A DNA stretch of 64,000 nucleotides from Parasitella parasitica NRRL 2501 (GCA_025201805.1 MU619304.1:37539-101538), one strand, 5' to 3'; numbered from the stretch's first letter, positions 50,201 to 63,381 are shown. Notes: generated by a model not told the origin, from the sequence alone. Numbers and translations are program-made.

Positions 50201-51038
50201 ATGGCTGCCAAAAATCTTCCCAAGGTCTTCTTTGATGTTGCCGTTAACGGCAATCCCAGTGGCCGTATGACTTTCAAGGTAAAAACAAAAGCAAAGCCTT
50301 GCTTTTGGTGATGAATGTGTGCTAAACCTAAACTACACCACATTAGCTTTTTGCTGATACTGTACCCAAAACCGCCGAGAACTTTCGTGCTCTCTGTACT
50401 GGCGAGAAGGGTATTGGTAAGTCTGGTAAGGCTTTGAGCTATAAGAATAGTGCATTGTAAGTAAAGTTATTGATGAACTGGACATGTTGTTGACAATTGT
50501 ATATGCATGAAGCCATCGCATTATCCCCGGTTTCATGGCACAAGGTGGCGGTAAGTTTATGTAATTGACCTGGGTATTTGAAGCCATTTCACAAACTATT
50601 TGAATAGATTTCACTTTAGGCGATGGTCGCGGTGGAGAGTCTATTTATGGCGCCAAGTTTAACGAGTAAGTTAGGGCATGGATGCAGATGCCATGGCATT
50701 TAGGAACGAAAAAATTAACAAATGTTTAGTGAAAACTTCACTTTGAAGCATGAAGGCAAGGGTATCTTGTCTATGGCTAATGCTGGACCCGTAAGTTGAT
50801 CAAGAAATGATAATATCTACGAGGACAGCTAAACTCAATTGCTCAATTGTAGAACACCAATGGCTCCCAATTCTTTATCACTTTTGACAGCACTCCTTGG
50901 TTGGACGGCAACCATACTGTCTTTGGCCAAATTATCGAAGGTGATGATGTTTTGAAACTCTTGGAGAAATACGGCACTCAAAGTGGTAGACCCACGGCTA
51001 AAATCGAAATTGTTGATTCTGGGGAACTCAAGGAATAA
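50201..51038 (+). CDS. Cyclophilin A-type peptidyl-prolyl cis-trans isomerase
   Basis: Six exons: [74 protein letters not shown]. Confidence 0.96.
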
Positions 51039-51060
51039 ACAATTATGTTTTATTTTTGAA

Positions 51061-54000
51061 TCAATAATAGAAAGTACGTGGCTCCTGCTGCTGTTGCTGC
51101 TGATTATTAAATATACTAGGTGTTGAGCTATTGATAGTCTTGAATACCGAATATTTATCACTGGGGTCTAAACATCGTAGACGTACAATTAGCAATTTAC
51201 ATGATTTAATGATTTCCCTCTTAAGCTTTACCTATTTGAGAATTCATATTGTTGCCAGCAAATGGTTGTGGCACAAAACCTACTGAATTTTGCTGAGGTA
51301 AACCATAGTTTGGTTGCATCACGACAGGGTTACCGGGAGCACCACTTCCAAATGGATTATCAGGCGTTGCATTGGCCCAGTTTCTTCCTCCTGCTGTTGC
51401 GCCAGTTGTCTGATGTTGTAATTGAGGTGAGCCGAAGCTGCTGACAGTGGATTGGAAACTGCTCGCCGTTAATTGCGGAGCAAGAGCAGGTGGTAAGACA
51501 GATTGCAATGGAACGACGCTGGGAGTAGGGTGATTATACATGTATTGATTTAATGAAGATGAGCTGTTGTTATTGGTGAATAGAGGTTGTTGCTGTACAG
51601 ATGATTGTAGTGGTGCAAAACTGCTTCCTGTAGGCTGCTGCTGCTGGAATCCATTGCTTGTTGGTTTTTGAGTTGTAGGTTGATAGGATGATAGCAAAGA
51701 AGTGCCGTCTTGCATTACGAATGGTGAAGAAGTGACGTTACCCTGATGATGCATCGAAGGCATCAAGTCCATTCTGCTGTTTTGAGATTGGAAGCTTGAT
51801 TGTGCTTGTAATGGGGTAGAGGCACTGTTAGCAGTTGTAGGTGGCGGCGGCACAGGTCGTCTATTAGCAGCAGCAAGTGCAGGACTTCCTCCCCATTTAG
51901 CAAGCAGTTCAGGATCGACCATGTTTTGCTGAGATAACGGAGGCGTGGGTCTTTGCCGAGGTGGTAATGAGACATTTGCTGGCGGTGTATTACTTTTCTC
52001 CGCAGTAGCATTCCACGCTGGATTTGCTGCTGCTGCTACTGCTACTGACTGTACAGAAGGAGAAGAAGAGGCACGGGGGGCCCAAGCGTCATCTTCAAAT
52101 GCAGGCTTCATTAGTGTATTGTTGACAGGTGGCGGAGGTGCAGAAGGTGATTGAATTAGCGTTGCAGGCACAGGCTTCAATGGCTCAAATTGCTGTGGTG
52201 TCAATACAGAGGAGTTTACATCGCGAGGAGCAGAATGCGAGGGGGTAGGTCTTCCTGTGCCACGGCGATGCAAGCCCGTATTAATATTGCCTTCTCCTTG
52301 TTCCTGTAATTGCCTAGCAAAAATTTCGTCTTGTTGGATTTGCCATTCCACATCATTCTCGTTATGGTCATTATCATCGTCTTCAGGAATATAGCTAACA
52401 GCACCAAAGGTAACTGATTTCTTGACTCTAATTCTGGGCTTGGCTAGCCCTCCTGCTCTGGTTCTTCCTGCATCTTCATTATCGGAAGGCGGTTCGGCTT
52501 TATTTGTTTCTATGAACCTTTGTATGCGTTGTACATGCCTTTCGGACATACCCAAAAGCTTCATCTTTCCATGTGTAAGACGCTCTATATCCTGCTCAGT
52601 CAGTCGGTTGGCATCAAAGTTCCCAGCGTACTCGACACATGCACTGTGAGGAAGATTTGCCTTTTTGAAATAGTCAAACCAAGTAAATTGACTATTCAAT
52701 TGTGCAAGTGGTATATTGTCGTTTTTGTCCTCGTGCTGCTTAATGCCGGTTTCTTGTTCAATGTATTTCAAATCCTCAACACACATCTTTTGTGAGGGAA
52801 CGTCAATTTTGACACCGTTTGTCTTGAAGAGTCTAATTTTGCCGTTGGCACAAGAAAGAAATTGAGCTTCTACTTTGAATGCTCCTGTACGATCAGTCCA
52901 CATTCTGACTTTTGCTGGGTCAGGCTCTATTTTGAACGTTAGCTTTCCGCGTACTTTCTACACTGGATATTATCAAGACATACTATTGGGATATACATGC
53001 TTCGGTGTTTGAGGCTGCTGATTATCTAAACAATGGGATATTAAAATGAATGAAGCTGTATAGATAATTGTGATTTATACATGTAGGTAAGCTAGAATGT
53101 AGCGTAGTGTGATTTAATGGTTGTGGCTGTGGCTGTGTTTGTGCTTGTGCTTGAGCTTGAGCTTGCGGAGGAGGAGGTGGTGGTGCAGGAATTTGGCTTC
53201 GTCCTATCCAACTTGCATAAGAATGACATGTCAGCTGTGAAAACTCAAAAACTTACTAGGAGAGCCACCTCCCATTTGAGGTGAGGCCATAGCATTTGCT
53301 GCAAACTATCACATCGCTTTAGTGAAAGCCTACGAAAATATTCAAATACACTTACAGCAGCTTGTCTCTTGGCATCAATTTCTTTCTGTTTGGCCTCCTC
53401 TTGCATTTTTCTTCTTCTATCAACTTCTGCTTGTCGAGCCCTTTCTTTTTCTTCCAAATCTATTTGGCGATTGAGCTCTGTCATCTCTTTTTGTCTCTGC
53501 TTTTCACGCAAATCCTCCTCTTCCTTTTGTTGCTTCTCTTTAGCAGCAGCAGCAGCTTCTAATCGCCTTTTTTCTTCCTCTGCATCCTCTGCTTGCAAAT
53601 CTGCTTCATACTCGTCCTGAAATTTAACGTAGTTTGCAGGGATAATGCCGGCAGTGCCATCTTTATGTTCAATACTCCACCAATCTGAACTCGTAACATA
53701 ATCGGTGATCAGTACTTGCTCGTACTCTTGCAAATAGGTCTCTTCGTCGGTTTCGGGTTTAAAAGCAAAAAGGGCAACGGCCCAACGAGGCTCACAAGTT
53801 GGAGTAGGTGATGTGGCAACGACTTCAGGTACAGGGTTTGATGCTGATGATACTGCATTTGTTGTCAACGGCAAATTTAACCCAATGGCGGCATTGGAAG
53901 CTGTTTTTGACGACTCGATCTTTGCCAAGATGCTTTTTGCTTCTGATTGTAAGGCTGTTTGAAAGTCAAACACAGTATGTTCCGCATTATTTATCTCAAT

Positions 54001-54721
54001 GTGAACATTTTTACCGTCAATTGATGCAGTTAAGACTTGGTTTACTTGGAATTGACGCACAGGTAACGATTTATCCGTTTCACTTCCATAGCAAAACATG
54101 CCATTGCCAACCAACAAGTTACCTTTGGCTTTAGTCTTCTTTTTCTTGAGTACATCATATTCATAGACAGACCACGATAGTGCTGAATCACTGTGATTTA
54201 AAATAGGCGATGGTGCTGCTTGTTGTGCAGTAGGAGGCGAAGGAGCAAAAAGTGAAGCTGTAGTAGCTCCTGTTTCTTGCTGTTCTACATAATTGCTCGG
54301 TGCCAACCCAATCTCACCATTCGATTTTTCCACTAAAAACCAATCAGGGTCGTCATTTTCGTATAGAGCCATCACTTCATCTTCTTCAAAAGCAACTTCT
54401 TCGATAGATTGGGGCTGATAGCCATACATTGCTTTCACAGAGCTAATCGGCTTTGCCTAATAAACAAAGTAAAGCTTTATTTTTAGATATATTGTACCAT
54501 TCACGATGACGGTTATCCCATACCTTTTCAACGTAGTTGGAAGGAATGATACCTACAGGACCTCCATCTTGCGCCGATGGTACTTTTAATTGAGCTTTGT
54601 ACCAATTTGGATCACTGTTCTCGAGAATATACAAGATATCATCGGCATTAAACGATAGTTCTTCATCATCTGTTTGTACTTGATAGTCATAAAGTGCGAC
54701 ACAGATAGCAACGTACTTCAT
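51061..54721 (-). CDS. SLA1: Endocytic adaptor Sla1 (3 SH3, SHD1, SAM-like SHD2)
   Basis: SH3 ALYDY..EELSF..W..GIIPSNYV, second and third SH3, SHD1 WTDRTGAFKVEAQFL..LFKTNGVKIDVP, SHD2 WFDYF and an NPF motif. Last exon DPSDKYSVF...FYY* ends at 51061. Confidence 0.92.
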
Positions 54722-55821
54722 GATACAGGTATAGTACTATGAAAAAAAAAAGAAGAGAGAAAGAGAGATGATGGTAGCGAGGAAGAATGGTTGCTTAAAT
54801 TGGTACACCTTTGCGTGTGACTATTGGAGTCCCGAAACCTTGTCTTCTATTTTGCCTGCTGTTGTTGCTGTACAGCACGAGCGTTAAGAAAGCTGTGGAC
54901 TACTGAATTAGGAGGGCGGTTCCATTGGCTTTCGAGGAATCATTTGCTAACTTGTGTATTACCCCTCTCAAATTTTCAACTCCCCAATTCACAAATGCAA
55001 TTGTTGATACTCGGGTGATCAAGTTATGGGTATTTTGACCTTCTCTTATTTTCCATTGATTAATGAGGAAAGCATATGGCTCTTGGGGGGGGGGATGAAA
55101 GAGCACAAACAGTTTCACAATGCTAACAGTTGATTTTAAATAAAGGTATTCCACGTGTGCTTTCAAAGAATTTTTAACTCTACTTTTGATAACCATCTTT
55201 ATAATGCTTTAGGTGATGAAAATGTAAGTACGTATCTAGATTTGAGGTAATCATTTTTCCATTTGAAGAAAATGTCCATTATGTTGTGGTTTTGATCATC
55301 CTTTGAAGGGTATCCGATTGCGGCAGACGAAATAACAAGATTTATCGTAAATTCTGCACTACTAATACTACTACTAGATGATTGTTGGGGGACACCAAAA
55401 CTCGTAAATGGAATTCGATCTTTCCATTGCAGTTTTTACAGTGTTAGATTTTCCATTTATTTTGCAAATCAAATCAAGACAACGAGACACAAAAAAGAAA
55501 ATGAGCTCGTGTAAGAAAGAATACAAGTATTTTAAAGGGTATATTTGGACTTATTCTATCTCACTATTGAAAAAAAAAAAAAAAAAAGAAAAGTCATTAA
55601 CAATAAATAATAGGGAGGGGTAAATATTGAAACGAGAAGAAATATTCGGCAAAATCGTGTAAGCTGATCTGTACTACAAATCACTCATTTTCACTCCTTG
55701 AAGTGTTTTATACATTTCTTTCTCTTTTATCTTTATTCTCTTTTTGTTTTGTTTCTTCTTTTCTTTTCTGCAACCATATACTGCTGTTTCAAATTCTAAA
55801 ACGCGAATCAAATAATAAACG

Positions 55822-56501
55822 ATGAGGGAATATAAGCTTGTAGTATTAGGGTCTGGCGGCGTAGGCAAGTCGGCATTGGTATGTATATATTTAACTATAC
55901 TAAAGACAGTTTATTGATAAATGAATTTTGTTTGTAGACGGTTCAGTTTGTTCAATCCATTTTTGTCGAGAAATATGATCCAACTATTGAAGATTCATAC
56001 CGTAAACAGGTTGAAGTAGACGGTCAGCAATGCATGCTTGAAATTCTTGATACAGCGGGCACAGAACAATTTACAGCTATGAGAGATCTTTACATGAAAA
56101 ACGGACAAGGCTTTCTTTTGGTATTTTCAATTACGAGTTCTGTTACTTTGACTGACCTTAATGAATTGAGAGACCAAATTTTACGAGTAAAAGATGGAGA
56201 AAATGTAAATGACAGATCAAAAAAAAAAAAAAAAAAGCGTTGCCATAGTGATTAACTAATTAAATTTCAGGTACCAATGGTCTTGGTCGGAAACAAGTGT
56301 GATTTGGAAAACGAAAGAATGGTTTCAAGAGAGCAAGGTATGGAATTATCTAAGCAATGGGGAGACAAACCGTTCTATGAAACATCTGCAAGATTCAAGA
56401 TCAACGTAGATGAAGTGTTTTATGATTTAGTCAGACAAATCAATAGACAAATGCCGTTTAAAGATAAACAAAAAAAGAGACTTAAATGCATTGTTTTATA
56501 A
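55822..56501 (+). CDS. RSR1: Ras-family GTPase Rap1/Rsr1(Bud1)
   Basis: [50 protein letters not shown] (Rap-specific T61), NKCD, ETSA and CAAX CIVL. Two introns. Confidence 0.93.
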
Positions 56502-56981
56502 TTATCATTTTCTTTTTAACTGTACTAAACTACTATTTATTGTCTGCGACATATTCATTATTAATAAAGGTTCTGATACGATTTCAACAAGTATCAACCA
56601 CGATTTTAATTATCATTTTGAAGGGAGGCCTAGTATGAAAAAGGAGAAAAGATTTCACATATCTGTTCCATGTTGTCAGACAATTAAAAAAGAAGCTACA
56701 TACCGCGTTTGAGGGTAACATTACTTGCATGTGTATAGCCATGCTATCATTTCATAACCATGATATTTAGGCACTATACGCATTGTACTCACCCACGTTC
56801 ATCATAGCATGTATATACGAACGAAAAAAAAAAAGAAAGAAAAAAAGGAGAGATTAATGCCATCATTTGAAAGAAGGGATGAGGAGGAAAAGCATGCAAC
56901 ATATTTGAAATATAGTCTTTGATGATGACTTTATAAATATATACACATAAAGATCTAATAAATAGAAAATACAATTGATAT

Positions 56982-58433
56982 CTAATAGTCGTCATAAACT
57001 TTAAGGTTACCAGCAAGAGTTAATGCTAATCCTATAGTTAGGGCAATAGTTACACCTAGAGCGCTTGTCATAACAATCGGCCTCTTCAAACTGGGTAATC
57101 TTTGTACTGCATAATCTGTCAATTTGCCAACACCCAATGCAAAATAAACACAGAGATACTCTGAAATGGGAATAAACGTTGCGCGGTAATATGCCTTATC
57201 TTCGCGGAAACCCCAATAAATCCAGGCAAAAAAGACCGCGTAAATGACGCTCATTAGCAGTTTGCTTTGACTAGCTCTAGTTTGGAATATTTGATTCACT
57301 AAGAACATAATCATAAACCCATAAGAAAATATTTGCCATCCAACTCCAGGTTGAATTAATGCAGTGAGCGTGCCATGGATAAACACCCACGTTTCCAGAA
57401 ACAAAACCCATGACTTGTTACGATGACTCTGCATACATATACATTGATTTTAGTGTGCAAGAACATGAGATTTTGATTGTAATCCCCTATGTTACCTTGT
57501 GCAAAAAATTGGTTGATTGCCAAATCAATAAACATTGATATACGAATCCAAATAAATGTCCCATCGTACCTTCCTATTTTGATTTCGTCAGCCTGAATGT
57601 GTATCTCACTTTGGATACACATACCACTGGATGATAATGAAAATTGAGAACAGTACCAAAGCTCATAGCATAACCATGATATTTTTGGGTAAAGTGAATG
57701 ATCGAATTAGAAGCTGGTCGCTTGCCATACCCGAAAATAACACCTCGACTGGTGATGCATAAAAATTAGCATCGTAAAAACATAGTCTTTCTCTGTCTCT
57801 CTCTCTCGTTACTTACTACGGAATTGCAATGATAATGGCAAAAATAAGGATCAACACAACAGATCCTTGAGCAATACCTTCGGCTACATTAATAGCTAAG
57901 CCGTCATAAAATATATGACCATGTACCAACTTGTATAATGCCATAAATCCATTTAAATACACCATTTGCCAATTCCACCATTGATAATCACTGCTCCATC
58001 TTGCCTGCCTCTTTTTAGACATTTGTAATTTAGCCAATATCAACCACTGACCAAACTGATGTAGCAAATATGCGAACCAAGCTATTGTTATTCCAATTTG
58101 GCTTGGTTCAATACGTCTCCAGGGGTATGCAAAGGGTGTGTATTTACCTATTTTGTTTTTGATTATATTATGAGTTTAACATGCTTAAATCCATGCATGA
58201 TTTTAATTTTTGATTTTACCATTAACATATCGAGAGCCTCTTATACTAAATCTTCCAAACCCCATATCACCTTTCAATGGCTTGGAATTGAAGAAATCAA
58301 ACCATGAATTTTGCGAATTCCATAAAGCAAGTACTGTCACCAGTAACCCAAACCCAAAGGATGTAAGCAAGTAAATTGTATATGGGTATTTGTCAAATAT
58401 ATTCTTTTGCGCAGATTTTGTAGTCTGGCTCAT
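56982..58433 (-). CDS. Uncharacterised multi-pass membrane protein rich in conserved His
   Basis: Five exons with about 9-10 TM segments. Motifs YPW, YLLHQ, HIFYDGLA, RGVIFG, KYHGY, FHYHPVEGTMGHLFGF, H.SHRN..W..FLE.WVFIHG. Confidence 0.78.
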
Positions 58434-58638
58434 ATTATTTTTCCACTAAAGAGAAGAAAAGAACTATAAAAAAAAAGAATTGCATCAGCTGTTATATTTG
58501 TTATCAGATCGTCAATTTCTAATGACAAAAAGATTTGCTGGGTTTCATAAACATTTGGGTCACATAACATACAAATGATGCCATCAATGCGAGATAATAA
58601 AAAAGGGTATGACCAGGTATGAGTTTTATTGAAAGATC

Positions 58639-60207
58639 CTAATTTATCTCTAGCAAGACGTCTGATTCTAACGCTAAACATTCAAGCGCCAATGTGGTAA
58701 CATCATCGATTTGGCAATCTGTGAGTGTCAGTTTTGATAAAGCGGTGCAATGCTTGAATAAGAACAGGAAGATGCGTTTATCAATAGAGATATTCTGAAT
58801 AGCCAAGTATTTTAAAGAGTTGTTGTCGGCTTTTTTAGTGGTGGTTGATAAGATTAGGTTGCGTCCAGAGAATTCATATAAATGTGATGCTACAGTTAAC
58901 GATTCCAAGTTTGAAAAGTAGTTTAGAATTTGGTCGAAATGTACATGTCGTTTTTTTGTCATAATATTTGACCCTGAAAACTCGCATACAGCTCCTATCT
59001 CCATCGTGAGATGCAAAACAAGTTTATTGATGGGGCGAATAATTGTATATTCCAACATATTCAACTCGCTGACACTATGATCGTAGTTTTCATTAAACTC
59101 TCGAATAAACCGATATTCTATTTCGTACTTTGTCTTTGCTTTTTCTGATGATTTGAATGTCTTCAGTTTGAATCCATGAAAGCGATCGAAATTTCCAGGA
59201 ATGTTAAAAGATGCTCTCACCGAAACAGGTATGGATTTGTTCAGAATTTTGTCACAGTGATTATATAACAAAGTAGCAGTTGCAGCTTGCATAAACGATA
59301 TATCGGCAATAAATTTGAAATCCATTTCCAACTCTCGAATGCCTGTGCTTTTTATCAAATCCATAATCGACCGCACAATTTCGAACTTGGTATAAGGTCT
59401 CGAGGTATATCCAGATTGTCGAGGAGGTGTATTACTTATAATCAGTGTGAGTGTATCTATGCTGTGATATGTGGATTTGATAATTGAAAACCATGCTGAA
59501 TCTGGATGATGAATAAGACATTTCAAGTGCTGAACATGATTATTACTGTTGTCAACAAGAGGGATACTAAAGCTGCTATCAGTGATGTTCTCCATGCATG
59601 CCATCAAACAAAAATCCTGGACAAGTGGGGCACAATTGTGTAATGACCTTACTATGTCGATTGTCAAAAGCAAATGACGAGTAGCAATCTCCATTTTCAA
59701 CAATTTCGGACAAGGCGTTGACATGAAGGTGAGAATGTATTCATCTTGTGCAAAGAATGCCACTTCTTCCAACCTATCCTTGATTCTGTTGCACACGTCA
59801 AAGGATACCCTGTTTCTGGAAATGGGCACTATTCGTAAATGCGGCCAAATGTTGGTTAAATCGAGTTCGTTCATGCAGCGCCAATATTTCGTATGAAAAA
59901 ACATTAAAATGTTCAAATTAACACAGTATCGAGATAGCAGCTCAAACTCTGTAGATGTCACTGGCCTCTCGTTGAAGTCTTCAATGTACAATTCCAATTT
60001 TTTGACAAATTTGCCGGGCGTTAGCTCGTGATGTGCGATAATGTATAAAAAAACTCGAAAAGAACGACATGTTCTTATAACTACTGAGTTGTAAAGGGAC
60101 TCGAACATCGGTCTATACCAGCTTCTACAAACCAAAATGCATTGAAGTGCATCTTTTTGCGAAAGGTATCCAGATATATGCTGCACTACTTCGAAAGGTA
60201 CAATCAT
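58639..60207 (-). CDS. F-box protein with degenerate LRR-like repeats
   Basis: N-terminal VPFEVVQHISGYLSQKDALQCILVCRSWY F-box. Single 522-aa ORF with LxxLxL repeats. Confidence 0.85.
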   Translation of the reverse strand: MIVPFEVVQHISGYLSQKDALQCILVCRSWYRPMFESLYNSVVIRTCRSFRVFLYIIAHHELTPGKFVKKLELYIEDFNERPVTSTEFELLSRYCVNLNILMFFHTKYWRCMNELDLTNIWPHLRIVPISRNRVSFDVCNRIKDRLEEVAFFAQDEYILTFMSTPCPKLLKMEIATRHLLLTIDIVRSLHNCAPLVQDFCLMACMENITDSSFSIPLVDNSNNHVQHLKCLIHHPDSAWFSIIKSTYHSIDTLTLIISNTPPRQSGYTSRPYTKFEIVRSIMDLIKSTGIRELEMDFKFIADISFMQAATATLLYNHCDKILNKSIPVSVRASFNIPGNFDRFHGFKLKTFKSSEKAKTKYEIEYRFIREFNENYDHSVSELNMLEYTIIRPINKLVLHLTMEIGAVCEFSGSNIMTKKRHVHFDQILNYFSNLESLTVASHLYEFSGRNLILSTTTKKADNNSLKYLAIQNISIDKRIFLFLFKHCTALSKLTLTDCQIDDVTTLALECLALESDVLLEIN

Positions 60208-61547
60208 TATTTTGTCGTGTAGGAAAAAATAAGGAAAAGAAAAGAATTAGTGCCCATCACGTAAATTCTGAAAAAGAACTGTTACACTCAATTAGACTGC
60301 ATATTGCCTTGTCAATATTGTTTATATTCTTAAAACACTTCGTAACTTCAATGATTATAATTACTGAATGGTTTAAAGAATCTTATAACATTCCTATATC
60401 CTTATATCCCAACATCGGTATTAATACATGATTTATCAGATTTTGTAAAATGCAATCAGAATAGTAAGTACCGTTTGAAGAACTTGGTAAGATTATTTTT
60501 GACCCTAAAATAAAGCTATAAGTTTGGTGATATGGTAATATTTCTGGGAAGATTGAACTGACGTTTTCATGTATTTTAATTTGAAATCCTTTAAAGTCGA
60601 AATTAACCATCTGTTACCAATATTTATACTTTCCGAAATGACTAGTCAGATTAGCCCATTTGCCTTAATTGACCACAAGTAATTATAAAATGCGTGATGG
60701 AGTGCAATTATCTGGTAAAAGCGGAATGTGTCGTAGGTCTTTGGTTAGGGACAAGAGAGTATCAATTTCGGGGTAGTGAAAAAAAAAAGTAGCGTATTGA
60801 TTCGAGCACAGCAAGACAAATGAAATAACGGTGGTCGCTGAGAGCGTTATACTGAAAGGTAATTGTCCTTTGAAAGCAATTGAAGAATGCGTTTTAACAG
60901 CTGGGAGATGTCTTTGGTAGACATACCGTACTCATTATTTTTCACTTGGGGCAAAAAATTTGTGGCTCCAAGGTGAAGGCATTAATTACCACAAATCAAT
61001 TTTGTTAGCTTGGAAATAACCTTATTTTTAATAGTAACGCTACTGTCTGCCATGCGCCTCTTTTTCACGAAGGTTAACGAAAGATTATTGAAATTTTTTA
61101 AAGTCAAAATGACTAATTTTATCTTGTGAGAAATGTGGCATTGTCACTCCCAATAAACTCGGGATTTGATTGCTCCTCCAGCTTTGACAGACACACAAGA
61201 TATATTAACGCATTATAAAAGCCTGTTTTGTAATTTTTAGCTTAGAACGACTTGCATTGTTATGCTTAAAGGATATATGAATATAGTTGGCTCAAAAAAA
61301 TGTATAACGTTATAAAACAAAATCAGGCAAAAACTTATGACTTCATTGATAAGAAACAATGTCATCTTTTTATACTAAATTATATTATTGTAACACTATT
61401 TGTAATTATTGGTTAAACATTGCACTTGGTATGTAATACCAAGTTATAATTACTTGTTATTGTATATCAATAGCTTATTCCTTGCCATTGTATACTAATA
61501 ATTATCAATCTAATAATTGCTTGATCCCATGCCTTTCTGGCACAACA

Positions 61548-61625
61548 TGGGTGACACAACTTCTCAAAACAATAAATGCATAAATGAGATATATTGTGCT
61601 CGTCGGTAATAATCGACACTATGTT
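61548..61625 (-). pseudogene. TnpB/Fanzor-like RuvC-II + zinc-finger micro-remnant
   Basis: NIVSIITDEHNISHLCIYCFEKLCHP matches the TnpB/Fanzor 'v.E..TS..CxxC..L' pattern. It is only about 26 codons. Confidence 0.45.
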
Positions 61626-61650
61626 TTTTCAGGTATTATCGAAGTCATTC

Positions 61651-62192
61651 TTGATCTGCCTTAATCCACTATAGGAGATTGTCCAACGACGTATTGTTAT
61701 ACTTGTCGAAATAGGAGAATGAAGTCTCTGTTTCAAATCAAGAAGGTTGCTCCTGTATCGCACGACTTTGTTTTTGACAAACGTTAAGGCACTTTCAGTG
61801 ATCAAGGATGAATAATGCAGTAGTATAATAATACATTGTATAACATGACAACAGGGATAGTGTTACTTGAAAGTTAGCCTTGCCTATGAAATACATTCAC
61901 TATGATGATCTGCATTCCACTTCTAGATTCATCCAGTTACCTTAAATTGATATAGACTACATATATTAACAGGGTACGATGTATTATTACACTACAAGGC
62001 CATTGATCTTTGATCTGACAGTACCTTATTGTTTGTCAATCATACAGATATGTGTTACAGATAACCTTCCTGATTTGAAGCAAAGACTTTATTCTCCTGT
62101 TTCGACAAGTATAACAACACATCATTGGACAATCTCCAATCTTTAATTGAAGTACACTATCATGATCTCCTATCCTACATTAGGGCAGATCA
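61651..62192. repeat. Inverted repeat pair (61651-61747 and 62063-62192)
   Basis: 75-bp core with 8 mismatches, plus a further matched block after a ~33-bp indel bounded by ATCTCC. Confidence 0.9.
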
Positions 62193-63381
62193 GTATGGCG
62201 GATAAGTAAAAGAGGAAGCAAATCTTATAAACCTGTTTGTCACCTATCAGCTCTAGAGAATAACCTACATGCCTTTCATGATCTTTCGTTTTACATCAAG
62301 GAGTAGTGTTGTGCTCAGTCGATACGTCATGCCAGACACCGTGAATCTTACGAAGCTCGGTAACCGTCCTATATTACTCTGAGTCTGCTCAACTTAAATC
62401 ACAAAGCTAAACTTATTGATAAATGATTTAAATTCATAAAGATTAGTTGGTTAAATATGGATAGGTCTTGGCTCTGTCTACTGCCATGCTATGATCATGT
62501 TTGAAATTCAACTGTCAAACATAATCAGATTTTATTCTAAAATTGATTCGTGTGGATTTATGCTAAATAAATAAATGACTTCTTATCAATCAATGAAATC
62601 ATTAGTTTTGTAGCTGGTAGATTAAGTTTTTGTTACATTCTTATTTCTATTAGCATATAAAACCGTCTACTGTGTTCATATCAAGATCTGGTGCAGCAAC
62701 TTCATACATGATCAATAAATTTTGACCAAATTTCAAGTTTTTAAGTGTATGCTTAATTGCAGCCAAGGTATACTTTCTCCTCGCAATAGTCAGGAGCATC
62801 TTTGTCCATGTGCCCCAAGACTATTGAAAGGTAATGGGGCAGAGGATTCAGCATTTGATTTGGCGCTAGAACTGAAAGGAATGATAGAAACGCTGTAGAA
62901 GGCCCTGGCTTGATTTTGAAGTTTCTCTAACTTATGACTGATCTCTTTAACATCAAGTGTAGTCTCTTTGCCTTTGTTATGTTTGACCTCGAATGTGGTT
63001 TACTTAAGAACTAGTAGTAATAAAGGCAAAAGGAGAATTTGACCCTAATGAACGTAACTAGGCCTATTTCATTGCAATAAGTAAAATGGTAGAAAAGGCA
63101 AAAATAAACGCTCAAGCAAGTTTGATGGCAAATCACCAAAGAGGATATTTAGTCTATTAGTTATTTTTTATGTTTATTTAGAGCTAGTTTTCAAATGAAT
63201 TAACATTTGTGGCAATAGCTACATGAGTCTGGATAGAATTTGGCTGTTGTTCTTGTCAAAGTAGTTGCGAATAACAATCGTATTGAGTTTAGAAAACGAG
63301 GTGGGTCTGTATAGTTTTCTAGAACTCAAAATGTTTGTTTGCTTTCTATTCTTTTTGACCATTTTACACACCCAACAAATC

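Noticed and set aside
60383-63200. Other short frames in the AT-rich gene-free region
   Set aside because: No supportable homology beyond the listed micro-remnant and inverted repeat.
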